Origin: Actinomycetota bacterium
Lineage (GTDB): Bacteria > Actinomycetota > Rubrobacteria > Rubrobacterales > Rubrobacteraceae
NCBI GenBank assembly: GCA_004563715.1
Contig: SIRX01000021.1
Location: 1,580-65,579 of the forward strand
Length of the DNA: 64,000 nucleotides
Direction of reading: 5' to 3'
In this document: one piece after another, positions 33,929 through 42,859 of the stretch
How positions within the stretch are numbered: position 1 is the stretch's first letter
Layout of the letters: the number at the start of each line of letters is the position of its first letter
The notes under the pieces: model-generated
Told to the model about the DNA's origin: nothing
What the model saw: only the letters and a program-made list of their open reading frames with translations
Databases searched by the model: none
Translations under genes and position numbers: made by a program

Positions 33929-35571
33929 CTGTCCTCCCGCTCGTCGCCGCCGGCCGACGCGGCCGCGGCCGGGAAGGACACCGCAGCCTCGCCGGACTCC
34001 ATGCGGGTCGCGCCGCCACTCGCGAGGCTTCCTTGATCTGCCTCCCGGCCGGCTGGCTGGCCGACCAACCGACTGCTTACTACCGGCAGACTCCCTGGAG
34101 CGCCGCCCGCGACCAGCCTCATCAGGGCCTCGCGGTCCACGTTCTCCGCGACAAGGTCCCCTAGTCGCTCCAGCCGCTCCTCGCGGGCGGCGGCGAACGG
34201 TGTCTCACCGGGAAGCCATTCGAGGCCGCGCACCTCGGCCACCCACTGCAGAAAACGCCGGCGGAAGCCGTCGGACTCCAGGACGCCGTGCCAGGAGGTC
34301 CCGGCGGTGGCGTCGACCCGGCAGCCCTCGTCGGAGTCGTCGAAGACGAACACGGGGTCACCTCCAGAGCGGCGGACGCGGCCGTGCCGGATCTCGTAGC
34401 CGCGGACCTCGAAGTTTCCGAACCCCGGAGCTTGGCCCGCGGACCGGGCCAGCAGCTTCTCCTCCTCAAAAACGGTCTCGACCGGCAACAGGCCGAGACC
34501 CCGGACCTCGGCCACGCCGCTTTCGACGCCGTCCAGGATGCGTCCCCCGAGCATCTGGTAGCCGCCGCAGATCCCCAGCACGGGGAGGCCGAGCCGGGCG
34601 CGTTCGGCAAAGGCCCGGTCCAGGCCGCGGGCCCGAAGCCCCGCGAGGTCCGCGACGGTGGCCTTGGTGCCGGGCAGCACGGCCAGATCGGCCGCGAGTA
34701 TCTCCGGGGCGGAGGTCGTAAACGAGACCGAGACGCCCGGCTCGCAGGCGAGGGCGTCGAAGTCGGTGAAGTTGGAGATCCGGCCGAGACGCGCTACCGC
34801 GACCCGCAACACATCTCCACCGAGCGGCGGCCGGGTCCCCCGCGGCGCGTCGAGGGCGAGCGAGTCCTCCCCATCGAGCTCCAGCCCCGGTGCATAAGGC
34901 AACGTCCCGAAAAACGGCCGGCCCGTGAGCTGGCGCAGCAGGTCCAGGCCCGGCGCCAGCACCGCCGGGTCGCCGCGGAACTTGTTCACGAGAAAGCCGC
35001 CGACAAGAGCCTGGTCCTCTGGGGAGAGGAGGGCGAGCGTGCCGTAGAGAGAGGCGAAGAGACCACCCCGGTCTATGTCTCCTACCAGGAGGACCGGAAG
35101 ACGCGCCGCCCGCGCCAGGCCCATGTTCGCCAGGTCGTAGGGACGCAGGTTTATCTCGGCCGGGCTCCCGGCCCCCTCGCAGATGACCACCTCGAAACGT
35201 CGCCGAAGGCTATCCAGCGCCTCGAGCACGACCGGCAACAGGTCTTGCTTCAGGCCCTGGTAACCGCGGGCGCTGGCCGTGGCCCAGGGCTTGCCGCGCA
35301 CGATCACCTGCGTCCGCCGCTCCGCGGAGGGCTTGAGCAGCACCGGGTTCATCGCCACCTCGGGCTCGACGAGCGCGGCGGCGGCCTGGGCGGCTTGGGC
35401 GCGCCCGATCTCCGCGCCCTCACGCGTTACGTAGGAGTTGAGCGCCATGTTCTGCGCCTTGAAGGGAACCACGCGCACGCCCTCGCGCGCGAGCCAGCGG
35501 CAGAGGCCCGCCACGACGACGCTCTTGCCCGCGTCAGAGTGGGTTCCGGCGACGAGCAGGGCGCCGCTCAT
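33922..35571 (-). CDS. cobQ: Cobyric acid synthase
   Basis: Contains LLVAGTHSDAGKSVVVAGLC, CEGAGSPAEINL and the GATase part GICGGYQMLG. ATG 35571 overlaps the cbtA stop (ATGA). The track ORF is over-extended to 36321. It carries an unusually long C-terminal tail of about 50 aa. Confidence 0.9.
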   Translation of the reverse strand: MSGALLVAGTHSDAGKSVVVAGLCRWLAREGVRVVPFKAQNMALNSYVTREGAEIGRAQAAQAAAALVEPEVAMNPVLLKPSAERRTQVIVRGKPWATASARGYQGLKQDLLPVVLEALDSLRRRFEVVICEGAGSPAEINLRPYDLANMGLARAARLPVLLVGDIDRGGLFASLYGTLALLSPEDQALVGGFLVNKFRGDPAVLAPGLDLLRQLTGRPFFGTLPYAPGLELDGEDSLALDAPRGTRPPLGGDVLRVAVARLGRISNFTDFDALACEPGVSVSFTTSAPEILAADLAVLPGTKATVADLAGLRARGLDRAFAERARLGLPVLGICGGYQMLGGRILDGVESGVAEVRGLGLLPVETVFEEEKLLARSAGQAPGFGNFEVRGYEIRHGRVRRSGGDPVFVFDDSDEGCRVDATAGTSWHGVLESDGFRRRFLQWVAEVRGLEWLPGETPFAAAREERLERLGDLVAENVDREALMRLVAGGAPGSLPVVSSRLVGQPAGREADQGSLASGGATRMESGEAAVSFPAAAASAGGDEREDRC

Positions 35572-36299
35572 ACCGACACCCCGCTGTTCGCCCGCCCACA
35601 CAGTAGCCCGAACACGACGCCGAGCCCGGCCCAGAAGACCAGTTGCGTGCCCAGGGAAGCGAGCCGGAAATCCCACAGCAGCCCCGCCGGGAACCCTCCG
35701 GGGTCCGGGGCTGCCGGGAGCAAGACAAACAGCGCCGCAGATGCCAGTGCCAGCCCGAGCCCCACCGAGAGGTGCCTTACAGGGGTTTTTACGCCCCTCT
35801 CCCGGAGCATCCGGGCCGCCATCCAGGCGGTCAGGACCGCGAGCAGCGAGAGGGCCACCATCGAGTAGTAGGCTACGGTGCGTTCCCCGATAGCAGCCGC
35901 CCCTCTGACGCCCGGCGGGTTGGCGGGATACTTGACGAACGGGATGAGGAAGGCGCCGGTGAACATGCACGAGGTCAGGCAGAGGCTGCGGACCCAGTCG
36001 GAATCTGAAGCCAGCCGGCCCCGAAAATACGCGAAGAGAACCCCGAAAATGCCGCCGACGGTAACGCCAAAGAGCCCCATGACGAGAAACAAGCCCAACT
36101 TCTGGGCCGGGCGATCGAAGACCGGGGCTTCGTGCTGGTGGCCGGGTGCGCCCGCGTGGCCGTGGACGCCGGAGGCGGCAGCTTCCAGGGCTATGGCCCG
36201 GTCCAGAACGGGCTCTCCGACGAAGAAAGCGAAGCCACCGGCGAGAAGACCGGCGATCAGGCCGGCCGCCATCCCGCGGCGCAGGTGAGAAGCTGTCAT
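35568..36299 (-). CDS. cbtA: CbtA-family putative cobalt transporter subunit
   Basis: Multi-TM protein with a His-rich loop GVHGHAGAPGHQHE. It sits immediately downstream of cbtB and the B12 riboswitch. Confidence 0.72.
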   Translation of the reverse strand: MTASHLRRGMAAGLIAGLLAGGFAFFVGEPVLDRAIALEAAASGVHGHAGAPGHQHEAPVFDRPAQKLGLFLVMGLFGVTVGGIFGVLFAYFRGRLASDSDWVRSLCLTSCMFTGAFLIPFVKYPANPPGVRGAAAIGERTVAYYSMVALSLLAVLTAWMAARMLRERGVKTPVRHLSVGLGLALASAALFVLLPAAPDPGGFPAGLLWDFRLASLGTQLVFWAGLGVVFGLLCGRANSGVSV

Positions 36300-36311
36300 T
36301 CCGGCCCGCAG

Positions 36312-36527
36312 CTAGTGGCAAGGCACGGCGAGCAGGTGACGCCCGTCGTGGGCGATCTCGTGCAGATAGTCAGCCGCTCCAGCGGCCTGTCCCAATACCG
36401 GAGACAGGAGGGCGCCGCTGGCCGACAGGAGCACGAAAAGCATCACCACCAAGACGGCTAACGGCAGCCAGCTGCCCAGCGATAACCCGCTGGACAGCGG
36501 CCGCTGCGCGAGTGGATCGTTCCCCAT
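36312..36527 (-). CDS. cbtB: CbtB-family small cobalt transporter subunit
   Basis: 71 aa with one TM helix. The C-terminal signature is HEIAHDGRHLLAVPCH. RBS is AAGGAGG. Confidence 0.72.
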   Translation of the reverse strand: MGNDPLAQRPLSSGLSLGSWLPLAVLVVMLFVLLSASGALLSPVLGQAAGAADYLHEIAHDGRHLLAVPCH

Positions 36528-36566
36528 GCAGACCTCCTTTGGGATCCTCGTCCCAGTCGGTTTCTA

Positions 36567-36724
36567 GGGTGTAGTATCAGTATCCTGACTCCCGGATCCA
36601 CGCTCCAACCCCGGCCTTCCCGCCGCCGAAAGGTGGACGGCAGTGGCCTTCGGTGGGATCGGCTCCCCGGTCACAGTGGCGGGACCGTGCCGGATTCTCA
36701 CCGGCTTCCTGAACCTCTACACCC
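36567..36724 (-). ncRNA. Cobalamin (B12) riboswitch aptamer
   Basis: Minus strand reads GGGTGTAG(P1)AGGTTCAGGAAGCCGGTGAGAATCCGGCACGGTCCCGCCACTGTGACCGGGGAGC...GAAGGCCACTGCC...GGGAAGGCCGGGG...GGGAGTCAGGATAC...CTACACCC(P1'). Both the conserved core and a B12-box-like element are present. It lies directly upstream of cbtB. Confidence 0.82.
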
Positions 36725-36741
36725 TTTGTTCGTCTCCGCGC

Positions 36742-36770
36742 AGCATAGTCCGTATCCCATCCTGAGTCAA
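36742..36770 (-). promoter_or_regulatory. Promoter of the cob operon, TTGACT-17-TATGCT
   Basis: On the minus strand the -35 is at 36765-36770 and the -10 at 36742-36747, with an exact 17-nt spacer. It lies about 15-20 nt upstream of riboswitch stem P1. Confidence 0.55.
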
Positions 36771-36854
36771 AGCCCGCGGCGAAGCCTACCGGGCCACCCG
36801 GGCTCGGCCGCTCTACTGGTCCTGGGTCCGGCTTTTCGAGTTCTCACCGGATCA

Positions 36855-37253
36855 CTACGGGCTTTCCATCCCGTCGGCAAGGGTTTGCAGCTGGTCAAGC
36901 AGAACGCGGAGGTCTTCCAGTTCCATGCCGTCCACCACCGAGTGACGTCCGTCCACACCGACCCGTGAAAGGGCACCGTGATCCGGGTAGAGCTCGACCC
37001 AGGCCCGGACGGCCATCTTCGCGCTGGGAGCCAGATAGCTGCTGATGATCAAGTGCGGCGCGAAGTCCTCGACGTGGTAACAAAGCGACGCCGGCTCACC
37101 GCAGAGCACCTTCGTGTTAGGACACAACTCTTGCAGCGCCGCCGCTATCGTCTCGCGGTAGGCTCGGGGCTCGTTGACCAGCAGCACCCGCAACACGTTC
37201 TCCGGTAGCCCGGAGGTCTGCTGCTGGTGTCTTTTCAACGAAGCTTCGGTCAT
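36855..37253 (-). CDS. Hypothetical 132-aa protein, degenerate receiver(REC)-like fold with a Cys/His cluster
   Basis: The ATG is preceded by AGGGAGA, which overlaps the MCO stop. LRVLLVNEPRAYRE and PHLIISS resemble REC strands, but Asn/Glu and Ser replace the acidic pocket and the phospho-acceptor Asp. It also carries CPNTKVLCGEPASLCYH. Confidence 0.5.
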   Translation of the reverse strand: MTEASLKRHQQQTSGLPENVLRVLLVNEPRAYRETIAAALQELCPNTKVLCGEPASLCYHVEDFAPHLIISSYLAPSAKMAVRAWVELYPDHGALSRVGVDGRHSVVDGMELEDLRVLLDQLQTLADGMESP

Positions 37254-37266
37254 CTATACCGTCTCC

Positions 37267-38859
37267 CTAGAAAGGCCTCATCTTCGAGACCGGCTTTGCC
37301 CGGGCCGCGAGCGGCGACGGACCGCCCTTTCCGACCTCCATCTGGATCATCATGTCGTGGTCCTCGTGGACCAGGTTGTGGCAGTGCATCATGTAGCGGC
37401 CCTTGCGCGGCCCGAACTTGGCGACGATCTTCACCGTCTCGCCCCCGCCGATGTACATGACGTCCTTGGGGCCGCGCTCGTAGGGGAAGGGCGGCGACTG
37501 TCCGTTCTTTCCGCGGCCGATGATCTTGAAGTCGATCAGGTGTATGTGGAACGGGTGGAACCAGCCGCCCGAGTTGTTGGTGCACTCCCACACCTCGACG
37601 GCGTTGAACGCGGGGTTCGCGTCCACCCGCTTCGGGTCGAAGGTCCGGTTGTTTATCATCCACAGCCCGTTCTTGCGATGGAACCTGAACCTCCGCCGTG
37701 GCCCCGTCGCGTCGGACTCCTTGAGCCGCATGGGACTGTACGCGCCCCTGCCGGGGTTCAGGCGAGGGGGAACGGAGTTGTTCCGCCGGTCCTTCGCGTC
37801 GCTGACCACGTCGAAGCGCATGATCTGGCGCGTGGAGGAGAAGTCGGCGTTGTTTTTGAGGTCCAGGTTCCGCAGAACGACCTGCTGCCCCACCCGGTAC
37901 CTGGCAAAGTCTATGACCACCTCGTAGCGCTCGGCCATCCCGACGTTCATGCGCTGCACCAGAACGGGACGGGGCATCAGACCGCCGTCGGTGCCGACTA
38001 CGGTCAGGGGCTCCCCGGTGGAGAGGGCCAGCCGGTAGCCGCGGGAGGTGGAGGCGTTGAGGATGCGGAAGCGGTACTTCCGCCGCTCGACCCTCATCAC
38101 CGGCCACGGCTTGCCGTTGACCAGGATGATGTCGCCCATGAGGCTAGATAGGCTCTGGTCTTCGAAGATCAACTGCCCGTTCTGCGAGAGGATGGCGTCT
38201 TTGATGACCAGGGGCACGTCGTAGCGGCCTTGGGGGATCGGGAGCTTCGCCTCCAGGTCGTCGTGCAGGAGGTAGAGGCCCGCCAGGCCCATATAGGCGT
38301 TGAAGCCGGTGTGGTGGAAGGCGTGGTCGTGATACCAGATGGTCCGCGCGTCCTGGTCGTCGGGGTAGACGTAGTCCTTGAACCATCCCGGACGGGTCGT
38401 GTCCATGGCGTAGCCATCGTACTGCGGCAGCGTGTCCGAGCCGTGCAGGTGGGTGGAGGTCGTGTTCTCGTCGCCGTGGGCCGGGTTTATCCCGCGCGGC
38501 AGGCCGTTGATCTGGCGCACGATCACTCTGCGCCCGCGCCGGGCGACGATGGTGGGACCGGGCGTGATGCCGTTATAGCCGAAGATCCGGGTCTTCGGCA
38601 AGCCTGGCGCGAGCTGAACACCGGCCTGCTTCTGCACTATCCGGTAGAAGTCCGTGTCGCCGCGCCGCAGAACCGGCTTCAATACCGGGGGCCGGACAAA
38701 GCCCACCTGGAACGGCTCGGGCAGCTGGCTGCTGGCCATCCGGGCGTTCAGCAACTGGGTTTTGGCCGCCCGCTCCAGAGGCAACAAGAGCGCGGCCCCG
38801 GCCAGCACCCCCAGCTTCAACACGTCCTTGCGGCTGATCTCTCTCTGCGCGATCTCCAT
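37267..38859 (-). CDS. Multicopper oxidase (bilirubin oxidase/CotA-like), probably Tat-exported
   Basis: All four copper motifs are present: STHLHG, WYHDHA, HPFHIHL and HCHNLVHEDHDMM. The N-terminus ISRKDVLKLGVLAGAALLLP is a Tat-like signal with RK in place of RR. Confidence 0.85.
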   Translation of the reverse strand: MEIAQREISRKDVLKLGVLAGAALLLPLERAAKTQLLNARMASSQLPEPFQVGFVRPPVLKPVLRRGDTDFYRIVQKQAGVQLAPGLPKTRIFGYNGITPGPTIVARRGRRVIVRQINGLPRGINPAHGDENTTSTHLHGSDTLPQYDGYAMDTTRPGWFKDYVYPDDQDARTIWYHDHAFHHTGFNAYMGLAGLYLLHDDLEAKLPIPQGRYDVPLVIKDAILSQNGQLIFEDQSLSSLMGDIILVNGKPWPVMRVERRKYRFRILNASTSRGYRLALSTGEPLTVVGTDGGLMPRPVLVQRMNVGMAERYEVVIDFARYRVGQQVVLRNLDLKNNADFSSTRQIMRFDVVSDAKDRRNNSVPPRLNPGRGAYSPMRLKESDATGPRRRFRFHRKNGLWMINNRTFDPKRVDANPAFNAVEVWECTNNSGGWFHPFHIHLIDFKIIGRGKNGQSPPFPYERGPKDVMYIGGGETVKIVAKFGPRKGRYMMHCHNLVHEDHDMMIQMEVGKGGPSPLAARAKPVSKMRPF

Positions 38860-39028
38860 GGGTCCTCGTCTTTCTGGCCTCGATGCTGGCTAAAGGATGC
38901 CCCCACGGAACGCTCGTGCCATCGCAAAAACTGATGAACTTTTCCTGGCCCACAACGGCTAGCTTGAAAGAGCTAGCAACGAGGACGCCGGGCAAGCCTC
39001 TCCCGAACAGAGCAGGCCCCAGAGGACG

Positions 39029-39058
39029 AAAAGACGGGCCCACCGCCACGGGTGGCGG
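39029..39058 (-). terminator. Weak terminator-like hairpin downstream of trpE
   Basis: Minus strand reads CCGCCA-cccg-TGGCGG, followed 9 nt later by UUUU. Confidence 0.3.
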
Positions 39059-39093
39059 CTGGCGAGCTAGACAGGAGCCAGTCTAGCGCCGGA

Positions 39094-40623
39094 TCACAGC
39101 CACAGCTCGCGGCTGCGGGCGACCTCCAGCGCCCGGACTATGGCGCGGGCCTTGTTGCGGGTCTCCTCGTACTCCAGGGCGGGCACCGAGTCGGCGACGA
39201 CCCCGCCGCCGGCCTGGAAGTAGGCCATACTGTCTTTCAGCAGGGCGGTGCGCAGCGTGATGCAGGTGTCCAGCCGCCCGTCCACGCCGTAGTAGCCGGT
39301 GGCGCCCGCGTAGGGGCCGCGGCGGGTGGGCTCCAGCTCGTCGATGATCTCCATCGCCCGCACCTTCGGCGCCCCCGAGACCGTGCCCGCCGGAAAGGCC
39401 GCCGCCAGCGCGTCGAGCGCCGTGAGTTCCTCCCGCAGCTCCCCCTCCACGGTCGAAACGATGTGCATGACGTGGGAGTAGCGTTCGATCTCCATGAAGT
39501 CCGCGAGCCGCACGCTGCCGACCTCGCTCACCCGCCCCAGGTCGTTGCGCCCGAGGTCCACGAGCATGACGTGCTCGGCCCGCTCCTTCTCGTCGGCCAG
39601 AAGCTCTTCGGCCAGAGCCGCGTCTTCTTCGGGGGTCGCGCCCCGCGGCCGGGTGCCGGCGACGGGCCGGGTCATCACGCGCCGCCCCTCGACCCGCACC
39701 AGCGGCTCCGGTGAAGCCCCCACGAGCGTCAGGTCGCCGAGCTTGAGGTAGGTCATGTACGGTGAGGGGTTGACGGTGCGCAGGCCCCGGTACAGCAGCA
39801 GCGGGTCCAGGTCCCCGATCTCCGCCTGGAACCGCTGCGAGGGCACCACCTGGAAGGCGTCCCCCGCCCGGATGTACTCCTGGGCCTTCTCCACGGCCTC
39901 CTCGTAACCGGCCCGGGTAAAGCGCGAGTAGACGTCCGGCTCCCCGCCGCCCGGGGACCGGGTGCGGAGCGCGGGCGGGCCCGAGAGCCGCTCCGTAACC
40001 CGGCGCACGTCGTCGGCCGCCCGTCGGTAGGCCGCGCCGAAGCCCTCTCCCTCAACGTCCCGCAGCCGGCCGGCGTCCACGAGCGCTATGACCAGGATCC
40101 GGTGCCGCAGGTGGTCGAAGACGACCAGCGTGTCGGTCACGGCGAAGCAAGCCTCCGGCACGCCCAGGTCGTCCGGCGGCGCGTCCGGCAACTTTTCCAG
40201 GTAGCGCACCGCGTCGTAGGCGAAGTACCCTACGGCCCCACCCACGAAAGCCGGCAGGTTCGGCAGCGGGGCGACGCTCCTCTTGCCCACAAGCTCCGCC
40301 AGGCCCCGGAAAGGGTCCGCCGCCGGGACCTCCCGAACGCCGTCGGCGTCCACGACCGTATAGACACCGTTGCGGTACGAGAGCGTGCGTTTGGGGTCAA
40401 AGCCGAGAAACGAGTAGCGGGCGAAGCGCTCACCGCCCTCAGCGCTCTCCAGCAGGAAGACGTTCTCTTCGGCGGCGAACTTCATGACGGCGGAGATGGG
40501 CGTCTCCAGGTCCCCGATAAACTCCGCGTATACGGGCACCACGTCGTGGTGGCGGGCGAGCTTGCGCGCCTCGCCCAGCGAGGGGGTCAGGTTCGCACCG
40601 GCGTTTCTAGCGGTGCCGATCAC
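39094..40623 (-). CDS. trpE: Anthranilate synthase component I
   Basis: Contains [33 protein letters not shown] and [15 protein letters not shown]. The start is assigned to GTG 40623, overlapping the hisIE end by 17 nt. The track ORF is over-extended to 40761. Confidence 0.85.
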   Translation of the reverse strand: MIGTARNAGANLTPSLGEARKLARHHDVVPVYAEFIGDLETPISAVMKFAAEENVFLLESAEGGERFARYSFLGFDPKRTLSYRNGVYTVVDADGVREVPAADPFRGLAELVGKRSVAPLPNLPAFVGGAVGYFAYDAVRYLEKLPDAPPDDLGVPEACFAVTDTLVVFDHLRHRILVIALVDAGRLRDVEGEGFGAAYRRAADDVRRVTERLSGPPALRTRSPGGGEPDVYSRFTRAGYEEAVEKAQEYIRAGDAFQVVPSQRFQAEIGDLDPLLLYRGLRTVNPSPYMTYLKLGDLTLVGASPEPLVRVEGRRVMTRPVAGTRPRGATPEEDAALAEELLADEKERAEHVMLVDLGRNDLGRVSEVGSVRLADFMEIERYSHVMHIVSTVEGELREELTALDALAAAFPAGTVSGAPKVRAMEIIDELEPTRRGPYAGATGYYGVDGRLDTCITLRTALLKDSMAYFQAGGGVVADSVPALEYEETRNKARAIVRALEVARSRELWL

Positions 40624-41245
40624 CCAGCACCCGCGCCACCTCGTCGATGCCCACACCCCGCTCCTCCAGCAGCACCAGCAGGTGGTACACGAGGTCCGCC
40701 GTCTCCTCGGCGAGCCGCTCGCCCCGGAGCGCGGCGACCACCACCTCGACCGCCTCCTCACCGACCTTCTGGGCCACCCGCCCTGTTCCGCGCCGGATCA
40801 GGTCCGCCGTGTAAGACCCTTCCGGCATCTCCTCGTGCCGCCGGGCTATCGTACCCGCCAGGTGCTCGACCATGGGGCCGAAGCCCTCGTACTCATCCCC
40901 GCCGACCGCCAGGCCCACACCCTCGCCGGCCATCGTCGTAAAGAAGCACGTCCGCTCGCCGGTGTGGCACGCTGGCCCCCGGGGCTCGACTTTGTAGAGC
41001 AGGGCGTCGGCGTCGCAGTCCAACCGCACCTCGACCACCCGCTGCGTGTTGCCGCTGGTCGCGCCCTTCCGCCACAACTCCCCGCGCGAACGGGAGTAGA
41101 AGTGGGTCTCGCCCGTTTGCAAGGTCTTCTCGACGGCCTCCCGGTTGGCGTAGGCCAGGGTGAGTACCTCGCCGGAGGCCACGTTCTGCGCGATAACGGG
41201 CACGAGTCCCCGCTCGTCGAAGCGTATGTTCTCCACCGCGCTCAC
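40607..41245 (-). CDS. hisI: Bifunctional phosphoribosyl-AMP cyclohydrolase / phosphoribosyl-ATP pyrophosphatase
   Basis: The HisI part has [47 protein letters not shown]. The HisE part has [29 protein letters not shown] 41245 overlaps the hisF stop (GTGA). Confidence 0.9.
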   Translation of the reverse strand: MSAVENIRFDERGLVPVIAQNVASGEVLTLAYANREAVEKTLQTGETHFYSRSRGELWRKGATSGNTQRVVEVRLDCDADALLYKVEPRGPACHTGERTCFFTTMAGEGVGLAVGGDEYEGFGPMVEHLAGTIARRHEEMPEGSYTADLIRRGTGRVAQKVGEEAVEVVVAALRGERLAEETADLVYHLLVLLEERGVGIDEVARVLGDRHR

Positions 41246-42000
41246 CGGACCGGTATTCCCGCGCCGAGCATGTGTTCTTTGACTGCGGCAATGCTCCACT
41301 CCCCGAAGTGGAAGATGCTCGCCGCCAGCACCGCCCCGGCCCCGGCCTCCACGGCCCGGACCATATGCTCCGGCCCCCCGGCCCCGCCGGAGGCGATAAT
41401 GGGCAGCGTCGTCTTCTCCGCGACGGTGGAGATCAGGGCCAGGTCGTAGCCCTTCTCCGTGCCGTCGGCGTCCATGCTGTTGAGCACGAACTCTCCCGCA
41501 CCGCGTTTCTCGCCCTCGACGAGCCAGCCGATAGCGTCTATGCCCGTGTTTACCCGGCCCCCGTTCAGGTAGACCTCCCAGCCGGTTCCGCCCTCCCGGC
41601 GCTTGACGTCCACGCTCAGGACGACGCACTGGCTCCCGAAGCGCTCGGCCCCGGCGTTTATGAGGTCCGGGTCCTGCACGGCGGCGCTGTTGATGGAGAC
41701 CTTGTCGGCCCCGGCCCGGAGCATGGCGCGCATGTCGTCTGCGGTACGGACCCCGCCGCCGATGGTGTACGGGATAAAGACCTCTTCGGCGGTGCGGCGG
41801 GCGAGCTCGACGGCGGTGTCGCGGCGCTCGTGGGAGGCGGTGATGTCGTAGAAGACGACCTCGTCGGCCCCCTCGCGGTCGTAGAGCGCGGCCAGCTCCA
41901 CGGGGTCGCCGGCGTCCCGCAGGTCCTTGAACTTAGTTCCCTTCACGACGCGGCCCGCGGCCACGTCCAGACAGGGGATAATGCGCACGCAGAGGCCCAT
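41242..42000 (-). CDS. hisF: Imidazole glycerol phosphate synthase, cyclase subunit
   Basis: Contains [32 protein letters not shown] and ASGGAG. Confidence 0.95.
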   Translation of the reverse strand: MGLCVRIIPCLDVAAGRVVKGTKFKDLRDAGDPVELAALYDREGADEVVFYDITASHERRDTAVELARRTAEEVFIPYTIGGGVRTADDMRAMLRAGADKVSINSAAVQDPDLINAGAERFGSQCVVLSVDVKRREGGTGWEVYLNGGRVNTGIDAIGWLVEGEKRGAGEFVLNSMDADGTEKGYDLALISTVAEKTTLPIIASGGAGGPEHMVRAVEAGAGAVLAASIFHFGEWSIAAVKEHMLGAGIPVR

Positions 42001-42001
42001 G

Positions 42002-42859
42002 CTAGACGTAGGGCACCCCGGCGTTGCGGCACTCCTCGGCGATCCGGGCGTGCAGGGCGTCGGCCGCCGGCAGGAGCACGGAGCCCTCGTAGCCGGCGCC
42101 GACGACTATGGAGCCGCCGCGGCCCTTCCAGTGGCGGTGTACCGTGTAGGCGGCGAGCGTGCCCTCGACGAGGCTGGAGATCCGGTCCAGCTCCGCGTGC
42201 GAGAGCTCCGGGGTGATGTCGAGCTTGGAGATGTCCACGTTCTCCGGGGCCGCGAGGTCGGCGGAGAGGTTCCCGGTGCGCATCCGCAACCCCGGCGCGT
42301 TCCACAGGGTGTTTACAGCATCCTTGAGCGTCGCCGCCCGCTCCGTCTTGTTTCCCTTGCGCAGCTTGGGGTCGTCCATCTCGCGCAGCCTCTGGGCCAG
42401 GTCTCCGTTCCGGCCGTTGCAGTCTCCTTCCAGGGCGAGGACCTTCAGCGTCGCCGCGGAATCCACCTCCACCACGGTTCGCTGGCCCCGCCGGCGGCGG
42501 AAAGGGTAGTCCGTGTACTCGACCCCGATCCCCTCCAGCGCCGCCAGCAACTCCTCGGGATAGGGCTCCCCCCCGAACATCTTGCGGCTCGCCGAATAAG
42601 CCGGCAGGGCCACTTTGGAGAGCACGCGCTCTATCCTGCGGGTCCCGCGCTCGTTGGGGACAGAGAGCGGGGCGTCCACCCCGACCAGAACTCCCCGGCG
42701 CTCCGAGGCGTAGCCCTCCACGGCGGCGGAGACCTCCCCGGTGCTGCCCGCGAAGGCGTTGGCGAGGATACTCCCCCGCTCGTCCATAACCACCAGGCAC
42801 GAGGTCTTCTCCCGCGCCTCGCCCGGCCTCCAGGCCAGGGCACAGCCTATAAACCTCAA
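42002..42859 (-). CDS. DUF429-like (predicted RNase-H-fold) protein
   Basis: Sequence is RFIGCALAW..(TS)CLVVMDERG...[19 protein letters not shown].. The start is assigned to TTG 42859, overlapping the glmM stop (TTGA). Its stop is 1 nt before the hisF ATG. The family call was made by eye only. Confidence 0.5.
   Translation of the reverse strand: MRFIGCALAWRPGEAREKTSCLVVMDERGSILANAFAGSTGEVSAAVEGYASERRGVLVGVDAPLSVPNERGTRRIERVLSKVALPAYSASRKMFGGEPYPEELLAALEGIGVEYTDYPFRRRRGQRTVVEVDSAATLKVLALEGDCNGRNGDLAQRLREMDDPKLRKGNKTERAATLKDAVNTLWNAPGLRMRTGNLSADLAAPENVDISKLDITPELSHAELDRISSLVEGTLAAYTVHRHWKGRGGSIVVGAGYEGSVLLPAADALHARIAEECRNAGVPYV

Noticed and set aside
33922-36321. 799-aa ORF suggesting a giant CobQ. 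The over-extended track ORFs 19011-20177, 19955-20707, 20742-22481, 22424-24064, 24791-25750, 26279-28021, 27631-28278, 28209-30239 and 39094-40761 are the same kind of case.
   Set aside because: The N-terminal extensions are low-complexity Arg/Gly/Pro sequence that overlaps the true upstream genes (cbtA and others). The conserved protein N-termini coincide with start codons that overlap the upstream stop codon, so the genes were trimmed.
38958-38977. The palindrome GCTAGCT-TGAAAG-AGCTAGC as a terminator of trpE
   Set aside because: No U tract follows it on the minus strand. It lies about 100 nt upstream of the MCO start and could equally be an operator. There is not enough evidence for either call.
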